A stretch of DNA of 62,610 bases, counting the filler. It is 4 parts of 4 records of this genome, joined end to end, with 100 filler letters (N's around TTAATTAATTAA, not from the genome) between each part and the next. Parts side by side here need not be neighbours in the genome. Positions count along the whole stretch, not along the records: positions 33,995 to 39,852 come from SRR20825019_1550; positions 39,953 to 62,610 come from SRR20825019_1551; 2 more parts are not named here. One strand, written 5' to 3'. The position numbers and the translations under genes were made by a program. A model generated the notes under the pieces. It ran no database searches. It saw only the letters and a list, made by a program, of their open reading frames with translations, and was not told where the DNA came from. This document shows positions 36,717 through 48,769 of this stretch, piece after piece (position 1 is the stretch's first letter; each line of letters begins with the position of its first letter).

Positions 36717-37883
36717 ATGCCTTGGAGTAATCAAGGTGGCGGCGGCGGTCCATGGGGCGGCGGCGGTGGTAACGGGTCTGGCGGCGGCGGTGGCGGTAAG
36801 TCTCCGTGGGGTGGCCGGGGACCAAGCGGCGGCGGTCAGCAACCGCCTGATATTGACGAGGTTATCCGCCAGGGACAGGCACGCCTGAAGCGTTTGCTGC
36901 CAAGCGGCATGGGCGGACCTACGGGCATCACGCTGATCGTTATAGGCCTTCTTGCTCTCTGGCTGTTTTCCGGCCTCTATCGGGTACAGCCGAACCAGCA
37001 GGGTATCGAACTTGTTTTTGGCCGTTTCACCGGTGTTCCGACCGAACCTGGCCTGCATTGGAATTATCCATCTCCGATCGGCTCGGTGATCAAGCCCGAT
37101 GTGACCCGGGAAAACAGGGTCGAAGTCGGTTATCGCAGTTCCGGGGACGGCTCGGGCCGGAGTTCGGTGACGCGCGACGTTCCCGAAGAGAGCCAGATGA
37201 TCACCGGCGATGAAAATATCGTCGATATCGATTTCGTCGTGTTCTGGCGGATCGCTGATGCCGGTGACTTCCTGTTCAATCTTCAGGATCCCGCCGAAAC
37301 CGTGAAAATGGCGGCGGAATCAGCGATGCGTGATGCCATCGGCAAACGACCGATCCAGGTTGCCCTGACCGAAGGCCGTCAGCTCATTGAAAGCACTGTG
37401 CAGGAAGATCTGCAGAGTTTGCTGACCGAATACGGTGCCGGTGTTTCCGTTCGGCAGGTTCAGTTGCTGGCGGTGGATCCGCCGAAGCAGGTGATCGATG
37501 CCTTCAACGAAGTGCAGCGTGCGCGCCAGGATAAAGACCGGCTGAAGAACGAAGCCGAGACTTTCCGGAATGACGTGGTGCCACGTGCCCGTGGTGAGGC
37601 GGCGCAGATGATTGAAGAGGCGGATGCTTTCCGTCAGGAAGTCATCAACCGCGCCATTGGTGACGCGGATCGTTTCGAGTCCGTCTACAAGGCCTATTCG
37701 GCCGCCAAGGAAGTCACCCAGAAGCGTATTTATCTGGAGACCATGGAAGAGGTCCTCGGAAACGTGAACAAGATCATCATCGACAGTGCGGACGGTGGCT
37801 CCGGTGTGGTGCCTTATCTGCCTTTGCCTGAAGTGCAGAAACAGATGCAGAAGAACCGCTCGACCTCGGGAGGCACGCAATGA
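36717..37883 (+). CDS. hflK: FtsH protease modulator HflK
   Basis: MPWSNQGGG Gly-rich N-terminus, PPDIDE, TM segment, SPFH motifs MITGDENIVD, VIDAF, RIYLETME. Confidence 0.96.
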   Translation: MPWSNQGGGGGPWGGGGGNGSGGGGGGKSPWGGRGPSGGGQQPPDIDEVIRQGQARLKRLLPSGMGGPTGITLIVIGLLALWLFSGLYRVQPNQQGIELVFGRFTGVPTEPGLHWNYPSPIGSVIKPDVTRENRVEVGYRSSGDGSGRSSVTRDVPEESQMITGDENIVDIDFVVFWRIADAGDFLFNLQDPAETVKMAAESAMRDAIGKRPIQVALTEGRQLIESTVQEDLQSLLTEYGAGVSVRQVQLLAVDPPKQVIDAFNEVQRARQDKDRLKNEAETFRNDVVPRARGEAAQMIEEADAFRQEVINRAIGDADRFESVYKAYSAAKEVTQKRIYLETMEEVLGNVNKIIIDSADGGSGVVPYLPLPEVQKQMQKNRSTSGGTQ

Positions 37884-38755
37884 ATAAGGGCCTCGCAGTC
37901 TTAGGCGTCCTGGTGCTGGCCGCCGGGTTTGTCGCTTTCACGTCTCTCTTCGTTGTGCCGCAGGTTCAGCAGGCGATTGTCCTGCAGTTCGGTGCACCGA
38001 TCGAAGCAGTCAAGGATCCTGGCCTGAAGTTCAAGCTGCCCTGGCAGAATGTGGTCTATTATGACAAGCGCGTGCTGGATCTCGATCCGCCGAAGCAGCA
38101 GGTCATACTGTCTGATCAGAAGCGTCTCGACGTGGATTCCTATGCGCGCTTCAAGATCACTGACCCATTGCTGTTCTTCCAGACGGTGAAGGATGAGATG
38201 GGCGCTCGTTCTCGTTTGAGCCCGATCATCAACTCCGCACTGCGCCGTGTGCTTGGTAACGAAACGCTGCTGAGCATTCTCTCGGACCAGCGTATTTCGA
38301 TCATGGCCAGCATTCGCCAGCAGGCGAATGACGGTGCCCGTCCGCTCGGCATGGAGCTGGTCGAGGTGCGAATTCGCCGTGCGGATTATCCGGAAGAAAC
38401 CAGCCTTAACATTTACAACCGGATGAAATCCGAGCGTGAACGAGAGGCCAAGGAATTCCGGGCACAGGGTCAGGAAGAAGCGCAGAAGATCCGCGCCGAT
38501 GCCGACAAGCAGCGTGTGGTGATTGTCGCCGAGGCCAAGAAGCAGTCTGAAATGCTGCGTGGTCAGGGCGATGCGGAAGCCATCCGAATTTATGCGGAAG
38601 CTTTCGGCAAGGACCCCGAGTTCTTTGCTTTCTATCGCTCCATGCAGGCTTACCGGAACGCAATGAAAGGTGGCGACACGACGATGGTGTTGTCTCCGGA
38701 TAGCGATTTCTTCAAGTACTTCAAGAACATCGAAGGCGCACCGGCTCCGCAATAG
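37880..38755 (+). CDS. hflC: FtsH protease modulator HflC
   Basis: ATGA overlap with hflK. PGLKFKLP, RMKSEREREA, KDPEFFAFYRSMQAY, LSPDSDFFKYF. Confidence 0.96.
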   Translation: MNKGLAVLGVLVLAAGFVAFTSLFVVPQVQQAIVLQFGAPIEAVKDPGLKFKLPWQNVVYYDKRVLDLDPPKQQVILSDQKRLDVDSYARFKITDPLLFFQTVKDEMGARSRLSPIINSALRRVLGNETLLSILSDQRISIMASIRQQANDGARPLGMELVEVRIRRADYPEETSLNIYNRMKSEREREAKEFRAQGQEEAQKIRADADKQRVVIVAEAKKQSEMLRGQGDAEAIRIYAEAFGKDPEFFAFYRSMQAYRNAMKGGDTTMVLSPDSDFFKYFKNIEGAPAPQ

Positions 38756-38794
38756 CGGGGCCGATGCGGCTCGGAAACAGACGAGGGCGGTGCC

Positions 38795-38983
38795 GTGACG
38801 GATTTCCTGACGGCGCTTGCCCTCGTTTTTTTTATCGAGGGCTGTCTTTACGCACTGATGCCGGGCCGAATGAAGGCAATGATGCGGGCGGCGCTCGAAC
38901 TGGATGAGAGCGTGCTAAGGCGCGCGGGCTTTATCGCCATGGTTCTTGGATTCGCGCTGGCCTGGATTTTGCGCGCCGCCTGA
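38795..38983 (+). CDS. DUF2065 (YjeT-like) small membrane protein
   Basis: DFLTALALVFFIEG..LMP..LRRAG, in the usual position after hflC. Confidence 0.88.
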   Translation: MTDFLTALALVFFIEGCLYALMPGRMKAMMRAALELDESVLRRAGFIAMVLGFALAWILRAA

Positions 38984-39258
38984 GGCGCTTATGCCCTTCG
39001 ACGCGGCCGGAACCAGAAAATGCCGCAATTCAGACACAGTTGCTCGATCAGCACCACATTGCCGCCACACCTTATCGTTATATCTGACATTATCGAGGGG
39101 CCGCGTTGAAAGCCGTTCGATCGTCCCTACCTTGATGGCTTATAGATGGGGCGAAAAGACTCACCTCTGTCGACGGGCCACCGGTCCGCCGCTTCCGGGC
39201 CGGGATAGGGTCCCGATACCCGAAAAGGATAAAAGCTTTGCCAAGGAGCGTTGAAATC

Positions 39259-39852
39259 ATGACAGGCGTCCCCACAGAAAAATCACACTCAGCCGTAAGG
39301 GGCCTGAGAAACGGTTTTGTGGCTGGTTTTATGGCTATTGCCGTGGCTATTCCGGTGTTCATGCCGGTAACCCCCGCAATCGCCAGGGCAGCGCCGGATA
39401 GTTTTGCCGATCTTGCCGAGAAATTGCTTCCGGCGGTGGTCAATATATCCACGACCCAGACGATTACCGCCTCAAGCGACGAGCGTGCGTTGCCGCCAGG
39501 CACACCGTTCGAGGAGTTTTTCAAGGAATTCGAAGACCGTATGCGTCCGAACGGTGAGCCGCGCTCCCGGCGGGCACAGTCCCTCGGTTCCGGCTTCATT
39601 GTCGACAAGGCCGGGTACGTCATCACGAACAACCACGTCATCCGGGACGCTGACGAGATCGTGATCCGCATGCAGGATGATACGGAATTCGAGGCGACGT
39701 TGGTCGGCACCGACCCGAAAACCGACATCGCGCTGCTGAAGTTCGATCCCCGCGACGTCGATCTGCCGGTAGTGAAATTCGGCAATTCCGACAAGATGCG
39801 CGTCGGTGACTGGGTTGTGGCGATCGGTAACCCGTTCGGTCTTGGCGGCACG
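39259..39852 (+). CDS. degP: DegP/HtrA (Do) serine protease, 3'-truncated
   Basis: SFADLAEKLLPAVVNIST, SLGSGFIVD..YVITNNHVI, DPKTDIALLK, VGDWVVAIGNPFGLGGT. AAGGAG RBS. Confidence 0.93.
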
Positions 39853-39952
39853 NNNNNNNNNNNNNNNNNNNNNNNNNNNNNNNNNNNNNNNNNNNNTTAA
39901 TTAATTAANNNNNNNNNNNNNNNNNNNNNNNNNNNNNNNNNNNNNNNNNNNN
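39853..39952. other. Artificial contig-joining spacer
   Basis: 44 N + TTAATTAATTAA + 44 N. Confidence 0.98.
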
Positions 39953-41642
39953 GCCAAAGGCAAGCAGACAGCGCCCTCCCCCTCCCCCTCCCCCTCCCCC
40001 ACTCAGAAAGGCACAGCTGGCTTCGTGTGCCGCCCGTGCAAGAAGTCCTTCAAGAGCGAGGCAACCTGGGAGGCCCACCTGAGCAGTTCCAAGCATATCA
40101 AACAGGTGCAAGTAGTTGGGTCGCCTAGCGAGAACGTACGGACACCACCGGTGGCCACGCCGCCTTCCAAAGGGCCGGGCAGTAGTGCCAAGGCCGGTGC
40201 TGGGGAATCCAAGGCACGCAAGGCTGCCACCGAGGTGAGAGCACACCCCAACCCTAGCCTCAGTGGCGGGACTACTGCGAAGGCCTCATGATGCACGCGC
40301 GCCTCCTCTTTAAAAGACACCGCCCTTACACGGTCGTGCGCAGGCAATGGAGCGGTGGGATGCTGCAGCCACTACCGGAGATGCACTAGCCCGGTGCGAT
40401 GCTGCCAAGGGTCTGGTCAAGGCGGGCAAGTGTATGTAGGAGGGTGTCGGTCGGTGTTGTTACTGATGTGTAGGCAGTGTGGGCAGAGGCTTATAGGCCC
40501 CGGGAGGCGGCGGAGAGCTTTGCGAAGGCCGCGCTCTGCCTGTGCGGGGGAGAAAGCGGCGATGCGAATGCCGAGGAAGCGCCTGAGCTCCTGCACAGGT
40601 ATGGCATCCATGGAGACGACCCATGGTCCTCGCGCCCACTGACAATCACCCCAGTATGTACTGCAGGCCTGGCTCCGTGGAGCTCACACGGACTGCCCTG
40701 CGGCTGGCCCTCCTATCCGCGCTCTATATAGCTCGCCTCCTCCGCCCCTATAACCTCGTCTCCTCCCTGTGGTGGTACACGCATGTCCTCCGTGCCTTCG
40801 TGCCCGCCGGCGCCCTTGAGGAGATCATGCGAGATCTTCGGGCGGGACGGGTGGTGGCTGTGGTTGACCAAGCCAAGCAGTTGGGAGCAAGACTAGCGGC
40901 GCAGCGGGGGGTGGTGGCGGCGTTGTATGTAGGCGCGGTGACAGGCCTGCCTGATACCAAGGGGGACACGGAGAGTGTGAAGCAGGACAAGACAGTCAGC
41001 GCTGTGCTCCGACCATTGCTGGCCGAGGCGACGCAATACGAGGACGGTGGGGAGGTGAGTTAGTGCATACATACGCAAGGAAGAACGCCGACCCGTGCGC
41101 AGGAACTTGTGATCGCCCTGGGCCCGGCCTGGTTGGTGCATCTCATCCGCGACGCATCAGCAGCGGAGAGATCTGCACTGCCCACCGCCCGTCAAGGAGT
41201 GGCGGAGGCGGTGTGTCGCCTGGGGGTACAGGGCATGGAACCGCACATCGACTGCATGCTGGCGCAGGTGGCGGCGGGTGATGACGGTGAACAGCGTGAT
41301 CACGAGCTCTGCACGATGGCAGCGGGGTACAACTGGGCAGCATGGTGTGGTGCTTGCAGACTGGGTGATCTGGTCCTCGCACGGGAGTGTGCCGATAGAC
41401 TCGGCTCGGATCTGGTAGGCGCCGGTGTGGTTCTGTATGGGGGGAAGGCAATACCAATGTCGGCACAGGGCGAACATGCGCGGTCACTAGTGGACGCATG
41501 GGAGGAGGCCAGCGCCGCCGCGGTCCACGAACTCGTGATTACGTGGCGTGCCCGGGCACTGGAGGGAGAGGACGGTCTCACCGAGATGGTGGATGTCGCA
41601 TCCACCATCCACAGCCGTCTTTGCCAAGCGAGGACTCTGTGA
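39953..41642 (+). CDS. C2H2 (matrin/JAZ-type) zinc-finger protein, 5'-truncated, multi-exon
   Basis: FVCRPCKKSFKSEATWEAHLSSSKH followed by helical exons ending at TGA 41640-41642. Confidence 0.62.
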
Positions 41643-41760
41643 GAGGGAGGATAGGCTGCATTTACTGCGTACGGCGTTGACAGTTTCGCATGGAAGGGGG
41701 GTGCGAACTCCGGAAGGACCCGGGTGCCCTGATGAATCTCGTGTTGTCAGGCAGCTACGC

Positions 41761-42955
41761 CTACCCCAGCAACATCACGATTGCCGCCACACCCGCTGCC
41801 ATCATGAACGAGGCGGGGTGGACATTGCTCCCGGCGCACTCCACTGAGTATGCCGTGCCCGCTGCCACCGCCGATACGAACTCGCTCCAGTATGATGGCA
41901 GGCCAGCCCATGGATTGCCATTGTTGTTGTAGTCGGTGGCGAATACATAATACTGCAGAGGGAGTCAGGGAGGGGTGCGGCCGGTGCAAGAGGCAGCTTA
42001 CCGCATTGTGGTTTTGGCCCTTGGAGATGATGCACTGCCAGGTGTCGCAGGAATGACCCAAGAGTGCAAAGTTTGTGTTGGCGTGATTTGGCATCCACGC
42101 CCAGCCGGTCCACCCAGCGAAATTGGATTCATAGTTTTCCTAGAAAGAAGTTAGGATCACCGCCGCAGTTACGAGCCCGGCGGCCCCTACCATGATGACC
42201 ATGATGTCACTGATGCTCGCATACGACTCCCCTTCAGTGTCCGTGGCATACCCCGGGTTGAACACGATGATGGGCACAGACTGCCCGGCCGCACTCGCCT
42301 TGGTCTTGGCGTAGGCCTGTGTGTAAGTTAGCGACAACGCTGGTGACCGGAGAATCAGCCTGGCACCTGGTAGTTGTTGTACTGGTTATACATGGAGCTA
42401 GAGACTGATCCTTCATCGTAAAATATGCCGTCAAGTGTGTAATAGTCTGCGCTCACCACGTTACTGAGCCACCCCGGGCATGCTAGGGCCTCTCACATAC
42501 CATACCACGTGTCCACGTCTGCGTTTACAGTCGCTATGGCACGATTCCCTTGTTGTGTGTAGACATACCCAAGCACCTTGGACCCCGACGACCGCACAGA
42601 CGATATGAACGAGGCTGCACGCAAAGTCAAAACACACGCGCAAGGCCATCCTCTTGTACGTACTATAGGCAGAGTACTGGCTGTTTGCAGACGACGACAA
42701 GGGCCCGTTACTGATGTTGATAATTATCAGTAACCTGCTGCCTAGCGTCGCTGCGCTAGTCTTCAGTGTGTCGTAGTCGGCGCTATTGCTTGTCCTGTCG
42801 AGGGAGCGTTAGTGCTGACAAAACGTGGGGAGACCACGAACGCACATATCATAGTAAGCAGGAATGAGGACGGCAACGTTGGACGCGCGGACCACAGTTG
42901 CCGTGAGGAGGAGCAACACAACTGGAGCGTATCCCTTCGAGAGCAGCACGGTCAT
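41761..42955 (-). CDS. Spherulin-4 / GH135 family glycoside hydrolase, secreted and probably GPI-anchored (multi-exon)
   Basis: Signal peptide, then VLIPAYY, IIINISNGP, KVLGYVYTQQGNRAIATVNADVDTWY, LDGIFYDE, IVFNPG, SDIMVIMEN, YVFATD..NPWAGLPSYW. Hydrophobic C-terminus FMMAAGVAAIVMLLG-stop. Confidence 0.85.
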
Positions 42956-43967
42956 GTCGATGGTTAGGGTTGTCACTCATCGAAAAAAAGGCATACATAG
43001 TTAAACGTGAGAAAGGTGTTCCCATAATTTGAGGACCAGAGGTTTCTCGTGCTTTGGTGCTCAGCGTGGCCAGTGGCACCGGGCTACAGCAACTGGTGAG
43101 GTTGGATGGATGGACATCAGAGCAATGCGTCCCCTCTAGCGGTGAATACCACAGGCAAGAGTGCATTCCAAGCTATGAGAGGACCGGTAAGGTCACCGCA
43201 CATTGGTGGTAAGGCATCCTTCGGGGCCGGCCTGCAATGTAGGCCGTTGTGGGTTTGCCGGCTGGGCGGTTGAGGCCCGCGGCGTGCAGCCGGGCCCCAA
43301 AAAAGGCACGGTGGCGGGGGCGCCAGAACGAACACGCCGGAGCGGAGCCGAGCGGATGAACCTGAACGGGCACGGGCGACGGGCCGCCACTCCGAGGCGC
43401 CGCGGCCGGCGACCCGGCCACCGGTCAGTTTGAACGGCGCTGGCGCAACCGTGAACGCCCTTGGCCCACGCCGACCGGTGTGGTCCGGGCTCGATCCGTG
43501 CCCAGCCGGCACGTGACCGGCTTGGAAAACGTTCCCGCTGCGAAGTGCTACTCCGCACATCACACTCTATTTATGGATACAGTGAGCCACCATTTGAGTC
43601 GAGGGGGGGCTCTCTCTATCGGAATATTCATATCCGTCTTTTTTTAATAATGATCAAAACAGCGGTGAAACTGCCTGTGACTGGGCTTCTCATAGTGTGT
43701 TCAAACTATAGTCGCGAAGGGGCGGCCATGTCAGTGAACCGACGACCCCAGAGGATCCCGAGACCGGTTCACGCCTCGTACTCGCGGCGGTCATTTAATT
43801 ATCCGACGACACTCCTGGAGCCGCGGGATGACGGGGCACCTCATCACGCGCAGCGGCGCCCGTCAGCCTCCTCACAGTCCGCCCCAACCGCACTGGCTCT
43901 TGAGGTTTGCTCTCTATAAATACCACCTAGCCGCTCGTGAACGATCAGATGTCTAAACACTTCAACC

Positions 43968-45370
43968 ATGAGGACTCGCATCGTCTTGCTGGCTATGGTT
44001 GCCTCTGCGTGTGCGTTTCCACACCTGCGCTTCTCTGAGAATGTCAGCAGCGCCAAGTCATACGAAGGATACCGAGTTCTCCGCGCAACCCCCGCAACAA
44101 GAGCGCAGCTGGAGGCAGTGAACACACTATATGAGAACCACGTGAATATGCAGCTCGACTTCTGGAGCGACCCGTCCGCGCTCGACGAGGATATTGACAT
44201 CAACATCCCGCCTGACTCCCTGCCAGAAGTCACCGCCTGGCTCGCGGTCCACCATGTACCCAACAAGATCATCATTGACGATGTGCAAGATCTCATTGCA
44301 AGCCAGAGGCCAGCCACACCACCCATGCTGACCTCACTGGCCGCGCCCGAGGACCCCGATGCTTTCCACAAGCAGTACCACACCCTCGACGAGATCAACG
44401 ACTTCATGGTGGGCCTCAACAGGCAGTTCCCCCACCTCACCCGCCTCGTCACCGTCGGGACCTCGTATGAAAAGAGGCCAATCAAGGGGGTTGTGGTAAC
44501 GTCCCAGCAGGCCCCAGCATCAGACGGCCCCAGTAAGCCCGCATTTGTGATGATCGGCTGCCACCACGCCCGCGAGTGGATAAGCACTGCCACCGTGCTC
44601 TACATGCTAGACAAGATGGTGCGGAACTACGGCAGCAATGACAGCGTGCGGCACTACCTCGACAACCTCGAGTTCCATATTATCCCAGTCGTCAACGGTA
44701 GGCACCGGTGGATGATAAAATGTCTGCGCACTGATACTAATGTGACTTTGTAGTGGATGGATTCGTCTACACCCACGAGAAGGACCGCCTCTGGAGAAAG
44801 ACGCGGCGCCCTAACGAGAACAGCAAGTGCATCGGCACGGACCCCAATCGCAACTGGAAGTTCAAGTGGGGGGTGGCCGGCAGTGCAACAGACCCGTGCG
44901 CAGAGAACTACCAAGGATCGGCCCCCTTCACCGAGCCTGAGCCTAAGGCCATTGCCGACTACGTTCGCAGCCGTAAGGACACCGTGCGTGCATTCATCGA
45001 CTTCCATAGCTTCTCGCAGCTGTGGATGTCGCCTTGGGGGTGGACGGACCAGCACTCGCCGGACTATGATGACCAGACAAGGGTAGGAAAGGCCGCAGTC
45101 AAGGCGGTTTCGAGAGTGCACGGCACCAAGTTCAAGGAGGGCCCCATCTCCACCATCATTTACCCGGCTTCGGGTTCGTCCGCCGACGAGACATATGGGG
45201 AATACGGTGTGAAGTACTCGTTTGGGGTGGAGCTTAGAGACACAGGGCGCCATGGCTTCCTCCTTCCTCCCGAGCAAATCATCCCGAGTGGGGAGGAGAT
45301 CTCCGCTGGTGTGGCCGCCGTGGCGGCCCAAGTGATCAAGGAGTATGGGTCCACGCCTACCGTGGTCTAG
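43968..45370 (+). CDS. Zinc carboxypeptidase A/B-like (M14A) with propeptide; one intron (44698-44753)
   Basis: Signal peptide, LDFW propeptide, HAREW, PVVNVDG, RLWRKTR, GTDPNRNW, DFHSFSQ, IYPASGSSAD, ELRD..GFLLP. Confidence 0.95.
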
Positions 45371-45470
45371 GCGCCTCGCCGCGGCTCTCGCCGGAGAGGC
45401 TAGTATTATTTATCAACACTGTATTATAAACATGCCACGCAGATACCATTCATATACAGGTTTACTGGTC

Positions 45471-48400
45471 TTACCGCCGCGGGTGCAGCCTGGGCAGCGG
45501 GCGAGTAAGGCGATCGCCTGGTCGAGCCCGGTTGGGATCGACGCCAACCGTGAGGGCGGCGCCGCCCGCCCCTCCGCCGCCGCCATACGTCACTGTTGCA
45601 AGCCGCGGCGCCTGGGAACCGGGCTCGCCTGAGCTGCTGGCCCCCTCGTTCATCTCCTTGCTGTCCCCGCGCGCCGCTGCCTGCATACTCTGCTCGGTGC
45701 GGATGCGCTGCTTCGGTGCTACTGCGCGAACATCTATTGGGGACCAGTACTTACCGGGCGGCATCTTCACCCCCCGACTCCTCATCACCCCGGCCACCGT
45801 GTTCCTGTTCACAAGGCCCGCATCCTTTCCCCGCACACTCATGCCCATAGGCGGCGCGCTGTCAGTCGGTGCCCGTCGTTGTGCCACATCGTCCAATGCG
45901 CCCCCTGACGCGTTCGCGCTCCGCGGCCGTTCCCCAGCCATGGTGTCGGCGGCATCTCTCTCATGGCCACTCCGCCGCCCGTGTCGATCACTGTGCTGGA
46001 AACTCCGAACGCGTTCCCCCACGCGAGGCTCCGGTTCCACAGTGTCCATGGACGTTTTGTACTGGTGTCCAGTATCCCGAGGCAGGCTACGTGCCTTGGG
46101 AAGTGACTGGCCAGAACGCCTGAAGTCTGTGGCGTGGTTGATGTCCGCGTCGTCAATCTTGCGGCCGGACACGATGGAGTGGGTCTGGGGAATATAGGTT
46201 ACGAGGGGGAGCGGGTGCTGGATTGAGGTAGGCACAACAAAGCTCTGCTGCAATGCAAGCGCCGACCCTGCCATATAAGGCACAAGGTGCCCATTCACAT
46301 TGACAACCTCGTATGTTTGCTGCGACGGCGTGTCAGATTCACAGCCCAGCTAAAAACGGGCCCTACTCACCGCGACGGGCGCCGCTTGATTGGCTTGGGC
46401 AGCACCTGGAATTGTCGTGCCCGCAAGATCCCGCGCCATCTGCTCCTTGAGCCGGCTGGCATATTCCCACGCTATATCATCGCTCCGCCGTGAGCTAGAC
46501 ATGTAAGCTGGACCGAAAAGGTGCCTCCGCTCATACTCCCATTGCTGCCTGTTCTCATTGTCCGTGTCGGGGACGCGCACCCGCATCTCCTTGAGCCGGC
46601 GGATCTTCTCCTTCTCCTTAGCTTCCGTCTCCGCGGCCTCCTTCAGTTTACGCTCGATCTCAAGCTTGCGCGCCTTGCTCGCAGCCGTGTCTTGGAATCT
46701 CCTGTTGAATATGCGCTCGGCGGCTTCCACCATCTTGTCGTATTTTTCTTGCTCCTCGGTCTCCACGGGGAAGATCCTCTCGAACATGTCCAGGTGTTCG
46801 TCCTCGTACTTTTGCCGGGCCTCCATCATCTCCCGCTGGAAATGTGATCTGGGTGAGCCTATCTCTTCTTCCATATCATGTATCACCACAACGCGGACGT
46901 ACCCTCTTCTCCGCGGCTTCCACTGCGGCGTCCTTGGCCGCACCTGCCGCCATATCCTGACCGCTCCCTTGGGCCTGCTTGTCCGCGGGCGCCTTCTCCC
47001 CCGCGGCAGTGGTCTTTTTGGAGTCACCCATTATCCTCTGCTTGGTGTTCTCCTGGGCCTGTCTCTGTTGCTTGCGAATCTTCTTCGCGTCAAACGACAC
47101 AATCTCGATGGCTTCGCTGATGACACCCCTATGAATCGTGTCAGCGCACCACACACCCACTACCGCCGCTGCCCCACGCACTCTTTGATCTCCTCGTCAA
47201 GGGGGGAGTCACAGCTGAAACTGGGCGCGTGGTTCACCTCGATCAACCACGGCCGGAAGCGCTGATCTATCAACACGTCGAACCCAAGGATTTCAAAACA
47301 CGAGAACCCGTCGTTTTCTTCCTGAGAGGTGTGAAAGTGGGTCTTGTATGTGTGGGCTAGGTTCGGCTGGATTGAGATCAGTGTCTTGATCACGATTCCC
47401 TGCGGTCATCCCATCAGCACAGTGGCCCATAAAGAATCACGTGAGAGGTACCTGCAGTTTCTTCCACAGCAGGCGAGTGTTGCATCCGGCCTCGGACAAT
47501 CGCTCAAAGACGTGGTTTAGGGATCGCTTGGAGCCCTCGTCATCGTTGGCGGTGTCCTGGTTCTGCACGAAGTTCTCGTGCTCCTTGTTGATGGCATAGT
47601 TTGTCAGGTGCATGTACACCTGCTCCAGGTTGTTCGAGTTGGGTTCTTGGTACGGCTCAGTGCAGAACCGTGCCAGTCCGTCTGCAACACCACGCGTCAG
47701 TGTAACACCCCGAGCACTAAGGACAAGGTGGACGCACTCTTGTAGAAGAATATCCTCAGTGGGTCGCACGATGTGACTAGAACGTACAGCCGAAGATCGA
47801 ACTTGTAGCCGTCAATGAGGAACGGCTGCACAGAACGCCATTAGTATTCACCGCAACTGCAATCCCCTTCCTCCCCAACCACAGAGCCACCCCTAGTCAA
47901 CATGGCGCCGACGACCACATTACAAGAACCGGCAGGCTCTACCATAACTCACCCACACAAACATACATACAAACAAACACAACAGCATGGGCCACCGCTT
48001 ACCTTATGAAGGTAACGCTGGGCTATCATTTGGTCCTTGCCCATCAGGTCGTCGGTGTTGCGCGTGAGGAAAATGCCCTTGCCCTGGCACCCAGCCTCGG
48101 GCTTGACAATCAGAGTCTTGGGGCCCTTCTGCTTCGACAACCAGTTCTTGAAATCCGACATGTCGTATGGCAACAGCCAAGTGGGCGGGAAGAACGTATA
48201 TGCCTCGCTGAAGTACTTCGCGAGCTGGTTAAGGTTCCGGGCAAGCGAGTTCTTCCGGGCAATCTCCAACATTCCCGGGAAGTGATTCATTCGCTGGTAT
48301 GGCTTGAGGCGCATGAACTGGTTGGTGTCTGTCCAGAATATATGCCAGTCCTCGCCTTCCGCGCCCTCCTTCCAGTTATATTTCTTGGCACACTCCCGCA

Positions 48401-48769
48401 CTGAAACCGTCACACGTTAGCACTCACCAGACTCACACGGCCACCCCTACAAAAGGCACCCACCAATATCATATCTGCACCAGGACAGGTTGATTATCAA
48501 GTGTGCCTTCTTCCCCTTTTTAACTTTCTTCTTTTCGGTGCTTAGCACGGGTGTGCCCGAGCCTTTACCGGCTGGTTGAGATAGGAGGTCACTTTCCGCC
48601 TCCGTTTCCGTCTGTGGCTGCGCCGCGGCATTTAAGCGCTCGTAGACCGGTATAGGTTTCTGTGTTTGTCTAAGCACAAGTCCACCGCAGTGAGCAAATG
48701 TCATACCTCTCTATAGTACTCTGTCAGAGCCTCTGTCTCCGTCTCTGGGTCGTAGTCCGAGTCCGCCAT
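45471..48769 (-). CDS. Tubulin polyglutamylase, TTLL6/7/13-like (multi-exon)
   Basis: [89 protein letters not shown]. Confidence 0.92.

Noticed and set aside
34549-38752. Long antisense ORFs over the bacterial genes (34549-35358, 37320-37880, 37901-38752)
   Set aside because: They are shadow frames of high-GC coding sequence opposite well-supported genes.
33995-39852. Horizontal transfer of a bacterial operon into the protist genome
   Set aside because: There is no physical linkage: both ends are spacer-bounded, cut mid-gene, and show no introns or host-style islands.
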